Shown here piece by piece: positions 50,385 to 64,000 of a stretch of 64,000 bases of DNA (its first letter is position 1; each line of letters starts with the position of its first letter). The stretch comes from the human T2T-CHM13v2.0 reference genome, Homo sapiens, in the NCBI RefSeq assembly GCF_009914755.1, contig NC_060932.1; one strand, written 5' to 3'. Position numbers and translations under genes: made by a program. A model generated the notes under the pieces. It did no database searches and was not told where the DNA came from. It worked only from the letters and a program-made list of their open reading frames with translations.

Positions 50385-52268
50385 GATCACATTTTCTTTA
50401 GCCACTCATCCATTGACGGGGACTTAGGTTGTTTCAGTGTCTTTGCAATTGTGAATTATGCTGTGATAAACATATTCATGCAAGTGTCTTTTTGATGTAA
50501 TGATTTCCTTTGTTTTGGGTAGATGCCCAGTAGTGGTGGGATCGCTAGATTGAATGGTAGATCTACTTTTAGTTATTTGAGAAATCTCCAAATTGTTTTA
50601 ATAGACGTTGTACTATTTGCAGCAACAGTATATAAGCATTTCCTTTTTACCACATCTGCACCAACAATTTTTTTTTTTTTTTTACTTTTAATAGTGGCCA
50701 TTCTGGCTGGAGTAAGGTGGTATCTCACTGTGGTTTAAATTTTAATTTCCCTAATGATTGGTGATGTTGAGCATTTTTTCATATGTTTATTGCACATTTA
50801 TATATTTTATTTTGAGAAATGCCTATTCATGTCATTTGCCCACTTTTAAGTGACATTATTTGATTTTTATTTTCACTTATTTGAGTTCCTTGAAGATTCT
50901 TGATATAAGTTCTTTATCAGATTCATGTCTTGTAAATATTCCTTCCCATTCTTTAGGTTGTCTTTTAAAAGTGATTGTTATTTCTTTTGCTGTGCAGTAG
51001 TTTTTTTTTTTCAATTTTATTTAGTCCAATTTATTTATTTTTGTATTTGTTGCATTTGCTTTTGGGGTCTGTCATAAATTCTTTGCTTAGGCTGATACCA
51101 GAAGGGTTTTTCCTCAGTTTTCTTCTAGAATTTTTGTGGATTCAGGTCTTAGATTTAAGTTTTTAATCCATCTTGAGTTAATTTTTGTATATGGTGAGAA
51201 ATCAAAATCCAGTTTCATTTTTCCACATATGGCTATCCAATTTTCCCAGCACCATTTATTGTATAAGATATACCTTCTCCAGTTTTTTGCTTTTGTATAT
51301 TTCATCAACAATCAACTGGTTGTAAGTATTTGGCTTTATTTCTGGGTTCTCTCGTCTGTCCCATTGGTCTATGTATCTAATTTTATACCAGTAGTACCAT
51401 GCTCTTTCGGTTGCTATAACCTGATAGAGTAATTTTAAGTTGGGTAATGTGATGCCTCCAGATTTGTTCCTTTTGCTTAGAATAATTTTGACTATTTGGG
51501 CTTATTTTTTGTTCCGCATTAACTTTAGGATTATCTTTTTCTAATTCTGTGGGGAATTACATGGATATTTTTATAGGAGTTGCATTGAATCTGTATATTT
51601 CTTCAGACAGCATGGCCATTTTCATGATATTGATTCTTCCTATCCATGAACATGGGATGTATTTCCATTTGTTTGTGTCATCTATGATTTCTTCCAGCAG
51701 TGTTTTTGTAGTTCACCTTGTAGAAATCTTGTAACTCGTTGGTTAAGTTTGTTGCTATATCTGTGTTTTTGTTTGTTTGTCATGCAGGTATTGTATCCTG
51801 TTTTAATTCTCAGTGCGGTTGTTGTTGGTATATTGCAGTGCTATTGATTTGTGTACATTTATTTTGTAACCTGAGACTCTACTGAACTCATTTATCAATC
51901 TAGGAGTATTTGGGAGGAGTCTTTAGGGTTTTCTAGGTATAAGATTATAACACTAGCAAACAGAGGTAATTTGACTTTCCGTTTTTCCATGTGGATACCC
52001 TTGATTTCTTTCTCTTGCCTGATTGCTCTGGCTAACACTTATAGGACTATGTTGAATAGAAGTGGTGAAAGTGGGCATCTTTGTCTTATTCCGGTTCTTA
52101 TGAGGAATGCTTTCAACTTTTCTCTGTTCAGTATAATGCTGGCTATGTGTTTGTCATATGTAGTTTTTATTAACTTGAAGTATGTTCCTTCTACACCAAC
52201 TTTGTTGAGAATTTTTATCATTAAAGCATATTGAATTTTATTGAATGCTTTTTCTGCATCTATTGAGA
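49978..52268 (-). mobile_element. L1PB-type 3' portion, about 2.3 kb, 5'-truncated
   Basis: L1PB 3' UTR (GTTTTTGGTTGCATAGATGAATTG..TAGTGGTGAAGTC); reverse ORFs [12 protein letters not shown]...[18 protein letters not shown] (RT) and [12 protein letters not shown]. Confidence 0.94.
50348..50382. repeat. (GT)17 microsatellite inside L1
   Basis: Direct reading. Confidence 0.95.
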
Positions 52269-52519
52269 ATATATTCATACATCTATAATTTTATATATCA
52301 GTAATTCCATCTGGCATATTTTCAACTTTTTGACTTAAGTGAAATAATACATGAAAAGTCCTCAATTTAATGTTCTTGAAAGACTAGCTAGTATTATTAG
52401 ATGCTGATATTTTTTGATAGGACCAGTATTTAATGGCTATATAGCTCTTCTAATCTAGAAAAAGTAGTAGTGACTTGAAATATTAAGCTTGAATAATTAA
52501 AAATTTGATCTTGAAGACC

Positions 52520-52982
52520 TGTGGTAGGCAGAATAATGCCCTTCACGTGTTCATATCTTAATTCCTGAATTCTGTAAAGATGGTACCTTTCAAGGCAAGA
52601 AATATAAAGACCTTTAAGTGGGAATATTACCTTGAATAACCAGAGTAGACAAAATGTCTTTACAAAAGTCCTTATAAGAGCGAGGCAGGTAGATTAAAAT
52701 GAAAGAAAGAGATATGTCAGTGGAAGTAGAGGCCCAAGATTCAAATAATTATGCTGCTGGTTTGAAGATGGAAGAGACCATAGCCAAGAAATACAGAGGG
52801 CCTCTAGAAGCTGGGAAGGGACTTTCATCCCGACCCTCCAGAAAGGATGCCAGTATGCTGACACCTTGATTTTAGTCAAGTGAGACCCATTTTGAACATC
52901 TGACTTTCACATAATAAATGTATGTTGCTTTAAGTCTCTAAGTTTGTGATACTTTCTTACAGCAGCATAGAAAATGAATGCA
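52520..52982 (+). mobile_element. MLT1D solo LTR
   Basis: TGTGGTAGGCAGAATAATG...GCTGGTTTGAAGATGGA...CCTCTAGAAGCTGG...ACAGCAGCATAGAAAA..ATGCA. Confidence 0.88.
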
Positions 52983-54468
52983 AGTTTTTTACCAATTATT
53001 GAATTCCTACTATGCACTAGGAACCATTAATGTAACAATTTTCCTGTTCTTATGGAGGTCATTTAGCGTGTAAAGCTTTTTATTTACATTAGGTGATATT
53101 TCAAAGAGATACCATCTAAAGTTTAAACGAAAAATATTCTGGGATATATCGTGGATTTACTTCTTTCTGAATATTCTGAACATTGTGGCCATTTTAAATG
53201 TATTCTACATAAACTAGGTATTATAGATCAGCAATAAATATAATCTCCAACATTTAACTTGTATCCATGATTTCAGTTTAATCAATTGAAAAAAGTCACA
53301 ATATTACTTGTGGATTTATTGCTAATATTATACAGCTAGAATAAAACTGAACAGTAAATTTTGTAAAAGGCGACAATTTTCAACATGCCGCCACTAAATT
53401 GTGATAAACATGTTACACATTAGAATGTGGTTATTTGTTAAATAACCAATTTTATGACCCAAATAAGGTGTTAATACCTACATTTTTCTTTAAACTAATA
53501 GGTGCTCAAGTATGCCTGTATGTTGACTCTAAAGCAGAATATTAATATCTTCATGTTCAATAAAAAATGCTTGATTGCTTTTGTCTCAGGCACAAACTGC
53601 AAGGTAATATTAATAATTGAGAAAAATCTGCTGAAAGCTTCTTTGATTCAAAATAAGCTAGGTTTGTTATTAATAAGTGAAATTTGTATAATGGTTTATA
53701 AGGAAGTTTTACATTCATTAGATATGCTGACCCTCTCAATAATTTTTTTTCCCATAAATGAGGAAATTTAGCCTTAGATAAGTTATAAAATTTGTCTAGA
53801 GCCATAAAGCTTATTGATGGCAAGTCCATGATTTGAAGTGAGTTATTTTTATTGCAGAGTAATCAAACTAAACTTAATCCATATTTCCCTGTCTTCAATT
53901 ATTCACATGTCCCCTCATGAATGTTTTATTTTATCTGCCTGCTACTTATTTTTTTCATAAATCCATTAATTACCTTGAGTTAAACACTTCCTAAAAACTC
54001 TATAGATATGGGTTGATATTTATGATAATATACATTTAAATACAGATACTAAACAGTATGAATTTGAATATGCTTTTCTTAAGGACTTGCTGTATTTTCT
54101 GTTCCACTGTCTGGTAGGTGTTTCTTTCTGTCCGAATGGGAAGATCACTTAGTGTTTAAAAGAGATTAACCGTGAACTGAGACTTTCATTTAACCTGTGG
54201 AAATTATGCTATTAAACAGCAAGTTTCTTACCACCTAAATACATCTTGTGGACTGAAAACAGCTTCTATTCTACATTTTGGAAAATACTGTGATGCACAT
54301 TACTGCCTCCATTGCCTGATGTTTACACTTATTCAAAGATTAATATGTGACATACACTTGTTGAAAGCAGAGGAAAGGGATTGCCTATTATTATCCATTT
54401 ATACATTTTCATCCAATCAATAAATATTGTTTTCAGAATATTCAAGAGTATATCATAGATCTCTGTTA

Positions 54469-54687
54469 CAGAGGTTGGCAGATTATGCCCAAAGGTTAAA
54501 TCAGGTCTGACATCTGTTTTGTAAATAAAGTTTACAGGGGCATAGCTTTGCCATTCTGTTTACATATTGTCTATGATTGCTTTCAAGCTACAGTGGAAAA
54601 ATTGAGTAGCTGCAACAGAAACTGTATAACCTACAAACCTAAAATATCACTTTCTGGCCCTTTATACAAAATATTTTCACACCCCTA
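54469..54687 (+). mobile_element. MER58A hAT-Charlie MITE
   Basis: CAGAGGTTGGCA...TGTTTTGTAAATAAAGTTT...TTGAGTAGCTGCAACAGA...TCTGGCCCTTTA...ACCCCT. Confidence 0.85.
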
Positions 54688-55850
54688 CTATAAAAGATAT
54701 CAAAAAGAATATCATACTTCTACTCTCAAAAAACATGCATGCAAATAATTGTGTATACATTTATACAGACATTCAGAAGTTAAATATATAGAGGGGTATG
54801 ACAAAAGAGAGTAGTGAGAGATTAATGTCAGCTTAACTCATAAGGAAATGTTTGATGAATCAAGTGGTATTTGAACTGAATCTTGAAATATTTGGAAGGT
54901 TCCAATGAGCATGGAAAGGAGAGAGTGTTGACCCAAGTTGGAAAGTGTGCTGTTTCGGTTAGGAATAATTTTAGCAGCAAGGAGCCAGAAATTAGGAATA
55001 GGCTAAACAGGTCAGGGTTTACATTCTTCATACAATAAGAAAACTGGAGAGAAGCTAATTCTAATTTGTTTGCCACAGATCAATGATTTTAACCGCCCTG
55101 TGATTCCCCTGAACTTCCAAAATCTCATGTTATGCCTCAGAAATAACATGGCAGAAGAGAAAGAGAAAGGCATCAGGGACATATCACTCTGTTAGGGCAG
55201 AAATGCTTTTCCCAAATCATCCCCATGATCCTAGGTTAGGGCTCACTGGTATGTCGTCGGTCTCCTTCTAGCTACAAGGGAGGAGGGACCTTGTCAAGAA
55301 CATACTTAAATACAATTTGTTGCCTTAATAACTCACCAATGATGGTAATTGAGGGAGAGACAGAAAGAGTTAGCTGTAGCTCACTTGAATGAAGCCCGGA
55401 GGCTTATACAAACTTAATGTACTTTGAGGAGAAATTTGACTGTGATTAAGATCTGCTTTAGAGAGATGGATTTTGGCATATTCTGGCTGAGAGTTGAAAA
55501 TGCTTCATCTTGTTCAATTTCTTTCCCAACTCATCAAAGCAAGGCTAGGTGGAAACTTCTTTACTTAGAATGTGCTATTTTCAGCTCACCCTGAACTTAT
55601 TCAAAATTCATTTTGTCTTAAAATTAATTGAGACTACCCCATATTCAGGCTGCCTCTGCACTGGAAATCAAGACTTCTAGGCAAACATTTTTCATGATTG
55701 TATTTTCCTTTTAAACAATTTTATTTGTAAAAATTTATAAAATACAAATGTAATTTTGTTAGACAGATATACTGGGTAGTGGTGAAGTCAGGACTTATAG
55801 TGTTTCCATGACCAGAATAACATACATTGTACCTATTAAGTAATTTCTAA

Positions 55851-56231
<381 letters not shown>

Positions 56232-56471
56232 TGTACACATTATTTAGTTCTCATTTATAAGTAAGAGCATGTGGCATTTGCCTTTCTATGTCTGAGCTGT
56301 TTAACTTAAGATAATGGCTTCTAGTTCTATCCATGTTGCTGCAAAATACATGATTTTATTTTTTTCTATGGTTGAACAGTATTCCATTGCGTATATATAT
56401 CGCATTTTCCTTATCCATTCATCCATTGGTGGATATTAAGGTTAACTCCATATCTTTGCTATTGTGAATAG

Positions 56472-56809
<338 letters not shown>

Positions 56810-57279
56810 AGGTGCAGGTATCTTTTTGATATAATAATTTCTTTATTTTGGATAGATGGCCAGTAGTGGGATTACTGGATCAGTTTTTCTTCCTTACTTT
56901 CCACGCATTCAAAAGTAAATGCTCCTTGAGCAGCCACTATGAGCTGGACATTGGAGCCAGTCCTGGATACATCGAGGAACACCACAGACCTTCTGTCCTG
57001 AAGGAATTTTCTTCTAGTGAGTGTATATATGTGGGGAAAGGAGAGAAGTAGGAGTAAATAAAAATGGTCTTCTCCTAGGTCACTGATGTATTTATTTTTA
57101 TTGAACATAGTTTTAATGTTTGGTCTGCATCCAGTTTTTGATTCTAACAAGTGATTACTATTACTCCTTCTTCTCAGAATCATTTTCTTTCCATGTCTGT
57201 CTCTGTCTGTGTGAGGGAGGGGGAAGAGTGGTACAATTTTATTCTGGATTTTCCTCTTTTCCTCTTCTTCTTACATATT

Positions 57280-58439
<1,160 letters not shown>

Positions 58440-59864
58440 GACACCCTCTTCTTAATACCCTCACAGTTCACCAATACGAGGGTGAGCATCTATCTAGGTT
58501 TCCCTGGGACACTTTGAGGGAAACTGGCAAAACAAAGCACTGTCTTTTTTTCTCTTAGAAGTGTCTCCATTTTGATGGTAAATTATACTATTATTTTAGT
58601 TACAAACCTTAACTTGCCTTGTGATATATATTTTATTTAGGATTTTCTCACTATAACTTAAGCTCCAGAATTGGAGGGATGCTCACTTGTCCTCTATTTT
58701 GTCTCCCAAACCTAGCAAGGTGTAGGTATGCAGTTGTTAGTTATTAGTAGATAGAGCAAGGGCATCTCACTGTATCCTCTCCGGGAAGACGGTTTTCATC
58801 ACATCTATGTGAAGGGCACCTCGTGTGGTGGTGTTCACAGCCTGTTCAGCTGGATATGACTTACCAGTATTAAAACTGGTGTGAAGAACATTCCTGATCT
58901 ATCTATCCTGGCCTCAGTTTGGTGCTTGGCTGGCAACAGGTTCCCAGGGCTTCCACTAACGCCTGCCATGACATCATCTGGCTTCCTTTCCATCGTGTTT
59001 AATAGTCTTCCTTCGGATCTGAAGCACCTGCAGACAGAAAGCTTAGCTGCCTTGGTCACACTGTTATTTTCATCACCTGCCATATAAAGTGTGCTTAATA
59101 GATGTATTTTGAATTCAATTACTCAATTAATGTTGAATGAAATGCATGCTAATCGAAGAAAATGAAGCACATACTTTTTCCAGGTAGATAAAAGAAGAGA
59201 CAGAGAGGAAGGGCGTTAAAAGCAGCAGTGATAGAATGAAGTCTTTCCAATTTTTTTTCAAAAATATTTTTCAGACTCTTTAAAATTTATTAGTTATGAA
59301 TTATACCAAATTTTCAGTGAATTCACACATGTATTGAGATAATATTGGAGTTGGTTAGAAACCCAGTATTTGATCATAGTACTGAGGAATGTTAATTCTT
59401 CTCCACATCTGATCACTTGGTAACCTCCCAGAGAACACTTGAGAATAGAAAAACCACAGAGACTCAGGAAGCAAGAACGCTTTAGCAGTTCAAATATTTT
59501 TCTTCTTCTGGTTAATCTGATGTCTTAGAGACGTATTTAGTCTTTTGCTGGAAAGGTTGGAAAGTGGCTTCTAGATCCTCATGTGGAGGTTATTAGACAG
59601 ACCATAGCCAGCTATTTTCCTACTCTTCAGTAAATTATGTCTGGAACTAATTCCCAACATCAATGTCACTACTGGAAAAGAAAATCAGAAGGTAAGACAG
59701 GCCATACATTCATTGAGCAACCATGAAATGTCAGGTCCTGTTTTTGACACCTCACTAATAGATATATTTTTCCCAACAACCCTATGCAGTAAAATTTATT
59801 ATTCTTAAAATCAAACTGTAGTGGCAAAATAAATAGTGGAGTGAAAATGAAGGACAGTTCATCA

Positions 59865-60022
59865 TTTGTGTGCATGTGTGGGTGAGGGAGTGCGTACTTG
59901 TGTGTGTGCATCCATCAGTGTATGAGTATGGTGTATGTGAGTGTGTGTGTTTGTTAATGTGGGAGTGGGAGTGTCTATGCCTGAGTGTGTGTGTGTGTGT
60001 GTGTGTGCGTGTGTGTGTGTGT
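59865..60022. repeat. Degenerate TG-rich tract ending in about (TG)18
   Basis: Direct reading. Confidence 0.9.
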
Positions 60023-61129
60023 AAAATCACAGTCCTGCTCACATCTTTTCTTTGCAGGCACTTCCTGATTGCAAAGACAAATATGCCTCTTTGGGTCCAT
60101 CATGAGGAGGCATCAAGGACTTCTTGCCCTGTCCTTGCTCTTTAGCCAAAACCCTGGCTATCTTGGTGAGTTCCTGTGAAAATCAGACAGTCAGCGATGC
60201 TCTTCCAGCTACTTAGCTTCCTGATTAATCAGAGTGCCTTGACATGGGACTCCATGCCCAATCATAGGACCCAGCCTGGCCCTGAATCACAGAGTGCATG
60301 GCAGGGAAGAAGGTACACCTCAGCCTCATCCAGGTCCCACACCCCAGTCCCGGTCCTCTTTATTTGACAGGTTCATCTGGCCGGGCCTATGGTGAGAGGA
60401 GGACAGGGAGCTGAGCTAAATCTCCTGACCATTTGTGTAGATGAGCTAGACAGTATTAGATTTCTTCATACTCATCCTGTCCTGTGGGATCAATAGAGTT
60501 CACTTTTAGACTTAGTATAATACCCATCAGAAGGCTAATTAGATGGACTTTGAGTCATCTAAACCTAGAGATAGACCAGGTTATACTAAGGACACTAACA
60601 AGCTAAAATCTTAGGAACTTAAAACATCATAATTCTCTTTCTTATTCACACTATGTGTGTGTTCACTATAGTCAACTGTGACCTGTATTCCACTCTGTTA
60701 TTGGGCCTACCCCAGGGCTAAGGCTCATGGTGTAGATGCCGTGTCCTGTGAGTGATGACAGAGGAAAAGACTGTGGCAAAGTCCACAATGGATGGTCAAG
60801 CCTCTACCTGTCACTGTGCACACATGGCCTGAGCCAGATCAATTCTCATGACCTAACCAGACTTCAGGTTAGAGGGAAAATAAAATCATCTTATAGGAAA
60901 AGGAAGGAACTGCAATGTGGATCAACAATGGGCTCTGCCACTTCTAAGTGTTTATGTCAAAACACTTTCAGCTGAGAGGTCCCTGAGTCAGTTTCCTACA
61001 AGGTAAAGTGAAAATAATATAATAAGTAGCCACCACAGGAGATTCTTGTGATGATAAAATGAAACAATGCATAGAAATCATTGGAAAAGTGTAAGTTTGG
61101 AAATAATCGCAGTAACACACTGCAGTTGA

Positions 61130-61355
61130 AAGAACAAGTCCTGGAGGTAAGCTGGTTCTAACCTGGGCTCCACCACTCCTTGGAATCATAAACTCAGAAA
61201 ATCACTTCGCATTTTAGACTCCTCATCTGTAAAATAGTTTCTGATTCAATGTGTTTCTGAGATTAAACGAGATTAAGTATTTAAGTGCTATTATGGTTCC
61301 TGAAACAAAATAAACACCCAATATATGTCAACTAGTATTTCTGTTGTTATTTGGA
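61130..61355 (+). mobile_element. MIR
   Basis: GGTTCTAACCTGGGCTCCACCACT...CTCCTCATCTGTAAAATAG...TGAGATTAAACGAG. Confidence 0.75.
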
Positions 61356-62519
61356 TTAAAGAAAATAAGTCAGATTCTGTCCCTTGCAGAGCATCTGAAA
61401 CATAATGTGAATAATAATGCACAGAAGAATAATATTGTGGTTGAAAATGACTTGAGCTGTTAGTTAGAGAAGTGCTTCTTTGCCATTTTGAAGTCATGGC
61501 TCCAGTTGAGAATATGATATAAATTATGGGCTCGTGCACCTTAAAGAAAGCATACAAAGTAAACATTACATATACTTTTGGGGCTTCTTACATTTCTCAC
61601 GACCCTTGTCTAGCCCATGTTTATCATTTTACTCAGTAGGAACAGCATGATGACCTGTTTTTCTCTCCCCCTTTCATTATTGTCCTTTCTGGTCAATACT
61701 GTGGTGTCTGTAAATTTTAGCTGTGATGTTCTGGGTAGACCCACTTCATTCTCTGTTTTTTTGTTTTGTTTTGTTTTTGTTTTTCCCCTTTGGAAAAAAA
61801 TGGGTGTAGAGAAGATGCAAACAACTTTGAAAATAAATACTAATTAATTAACCAACAGAAAAAGCTTTTTGTCCTAGAAGCAATGTGTTTCTTACAAAAG
61901 ATATCACATGCAGGACTATTTTTTCAGAACCATAAAAGTCATGTCCTTTTTGTGTGAGGAAAAACAGACATGATAGACAGCAAAGATAACCCTGTGGTTA
62001 GATTTCCCTTTAATAGCAAGAAGCAGGGCAGTTCCACCCAGACACAGCTCTTTTCAAAGTGCTGTTTTGATTGCCAACCAAGAACCCTCTTAGCAGTTTG
62101 CCAAATGGGACTCTTTCGGAGATGTGTTTCCTCATGTTTGTGTGGCACTCTGAAATCTCAGGAAAGATGAGAGAATAGGGAGGCCATCTTTGGGATCTGG
62201 GATGTCCTTCTTAGTACTGTGTTCAGAACAAAGCAGAATCTGGGGCCTGAAAACATTGTGAAGTTCCTCCTCAGGGTCACCAACAGCACAATCCAGAGAC
62301 TGGCAGGGAAGGTTGAAAATGACTGTGGAGGGAGCAGGGAAGTTTCTTGAAATTCACAGAACCTGAGAACACATCCAGCCAGCCATTCTGTCTGGTTAAT
62401 AACTTCTTCAACATTTGGAGAAGGAGGCTGCCTCACAATAGGCTTGTCACAAATCAGCACTAACACTTACTTTTCTAGCTCATCTCCACACCAAGAGATC
62501 ATGTCAGAGCAAGCTGGGT

Positions 62520-62730
62520 TATGATTCTTTGGAATAAGACAGGGCCAGCTTAGAATTTCGATGCTACTTCTTACAAGTTGTGTGAGTTGACTATGTTATT
62601 TGTTCTCTCTTAGCATCACTTCCTTTTCGTGTAAATGAGCATGGAAAATGTAAAGATTTTGAGGGATAAAAATAGTGTATTCACAAAGAGGATATAGTAG
62701 ATGTTCAGTAAGTGTGAGCTGTTTCCATGA
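62520..62730 (+). mobile_element. MIR relic
   Basis: GGAATAAGACAG...TTACAAGTTGTGTGA...ATAGTAGATGTTCAGTAAGTG. Confidence 0.6.
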
Positions 62731-62999
62731 ATGCTGCTTAAATCGAGGTAGAAACCTGCAGATTTGTCTCATTTCAAACTAGCTCAAAAGCCATCTCTCT
62801 GAAGCTTTCCCACAGCCCCTAGAAACATGGTGTCTTTGCCTTCTCTTTGTTTTCATAGTACTTTGCACATACTTCTGCTTATTGAACAATGCTCTGTTAA
62901 GTCCCAACAGTGCCAGATATGAGGCATACAGAATAGACCCTGCTCCTAAGTAGCTAGGAATCTAGAGAAGGAGCCCAGTGAATACATAATTCCAGAAGT

Positions 63000-63150
63000 G
63001 TGCATCCACACAACTCAGGAAGACCTGCATTCTTACCTTCATTTTGATATGAGGCTCTGAGACTCCAAGTAGTTAAGTAACTTGCCAAACGCCATGCTGG
63101 TAGCAAACCGAAGGACTCAGAACTCAAACCCAGTTCTGTGTGAGTGCAGA
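63000..63150 (-). mobile_element. MIR relic
   Basis: CATTTTGATATGAGG..CTGAGACTC..AGTTAAGTAACTTGCC...ACTCAAACCCAG. Confidence 0.7.
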
Positions 63151-63904
63151 CCCCTTATGTTTTCTATAACAGTAGCTTGTTCTGCTGATATAAAGCTGCA
63201 TATTCACAGGTCCTGGGGAGTGGAATGCAGACCTGTGTTTTAGAATGGGATGTTATTCCAGTCAACACACACGTATTACCCCCTCCATCCCTGCAGTGCA
63301 TGTTTCCTCATGGTACTCACAGGAGACTGAGACCTAGAGATACAAGCAAAGAATCTAAGGTCATGCACACATTCAGCTAAGCAGAGAGATTCCACCCAGT
63401 TACTTTAATTTGAGAGACTAAACAATTAGTCATTATGCCTTGATGCTTTGCAAGTAGCATTCCTCATGATGATTAGGTCTCTCACCAAACTCCAACCTCC
63501 TTAACAAAAAGGACCACGTCTTGTTCCTATGCCCTATGGGACGGATGTATGTCTTAATTGGTGGACAAGGTAAAAGGTGCATAAAAATAAGAAGCAAATA
63601 GAGGAGAGAGACAAATAAAAAATAATACAGAAATAAAAGTCTGTGATTTTAGTTTGTTTTAGAAAAGGGTGATGAGCCAGAAAACATTCCCAGAAATAAC
63701 ACCAGATGGAAATCTGTCCACTGACTGCCTCAGCAACTGTATACGCATATTCTGGTTCATATCATGGTCAAATGAACCAAAAAGACATGGATTGATCATG
63801 CTTCAACCACACACACATCGTAGAAATTCTCCCTTGGCCTGTGCTCAACCAAGGGAGATGGTGAACAGCTCCTCTGTCTGCCTTAAGAAAGAATGCAGTA
63901 AGTG

Positions 63905-64000
63905 ATCCCATTACTGGGTATATACCCAAAGGATTATAAATCGTGCTCCTATAAAGACACATGCACACGTATGTTTATTGTGGCACTATTCACAATAGCA
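63905..64000 (+). mobile_element. Start of a 5'-truncated young L1PA (ORF2 C-terminal region), running off the window
   Basis: ATCCCATTACTGGGTATATACCCAAAGGATTATAAATC...TTCACAATAGCA is nearly identical to the L1PA consensus ([13 protein letters not shown]). Confidence 0.92.

Noticed and set aside
59669-60145. His/Thr-rich and Cys/Val-rich ORFs
   Set aside because: Translations of the TG/CA-rich tract.

Overview
AT-rich primate (very probably human) euchromatic DNA that is intergenic or deep-intronic and rich in repeats. No protein-coding gene, RNA gene, CpG island or CRISPR-like array can be supported. The supplied ORFs are explained by Alu, L1, MaLR/ERVL relics, microsatellites or chance. 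Main content: 11 dimer-type Alus (all on the minus strand) plus two monomer or fragment Alus; several L1 fragments, including a 5'-truncated L1PA with an open ORF2p C-terminus and a perfect 14-bp TSD; a complete THE1 provirus with a perfect TSD; solo THE1, LTR7 (HERV-H), MLT2A and MLT1 LTRs; two ERVL pol relics; MER44, MER58A, MER5A and MADE1 DNA transposons; MIR and L2 relics; and many STRs. I found no evidence for a previously undescribed biological system. The best leads are modest and testable: strong orientation bias of the retroelements, a candidate recursive splice site and a candidate microexon on +, DUX4-type motifs in LTRs, an LTR7 solo promoter, a templated mosaic insertion, and Alu-tail microsatellites delimited by TSDs. 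Repeat subfamily names come from recalled consensus sequences rather than a RepeatMasker/Dfam run, and boundaries of old elements are approximate.
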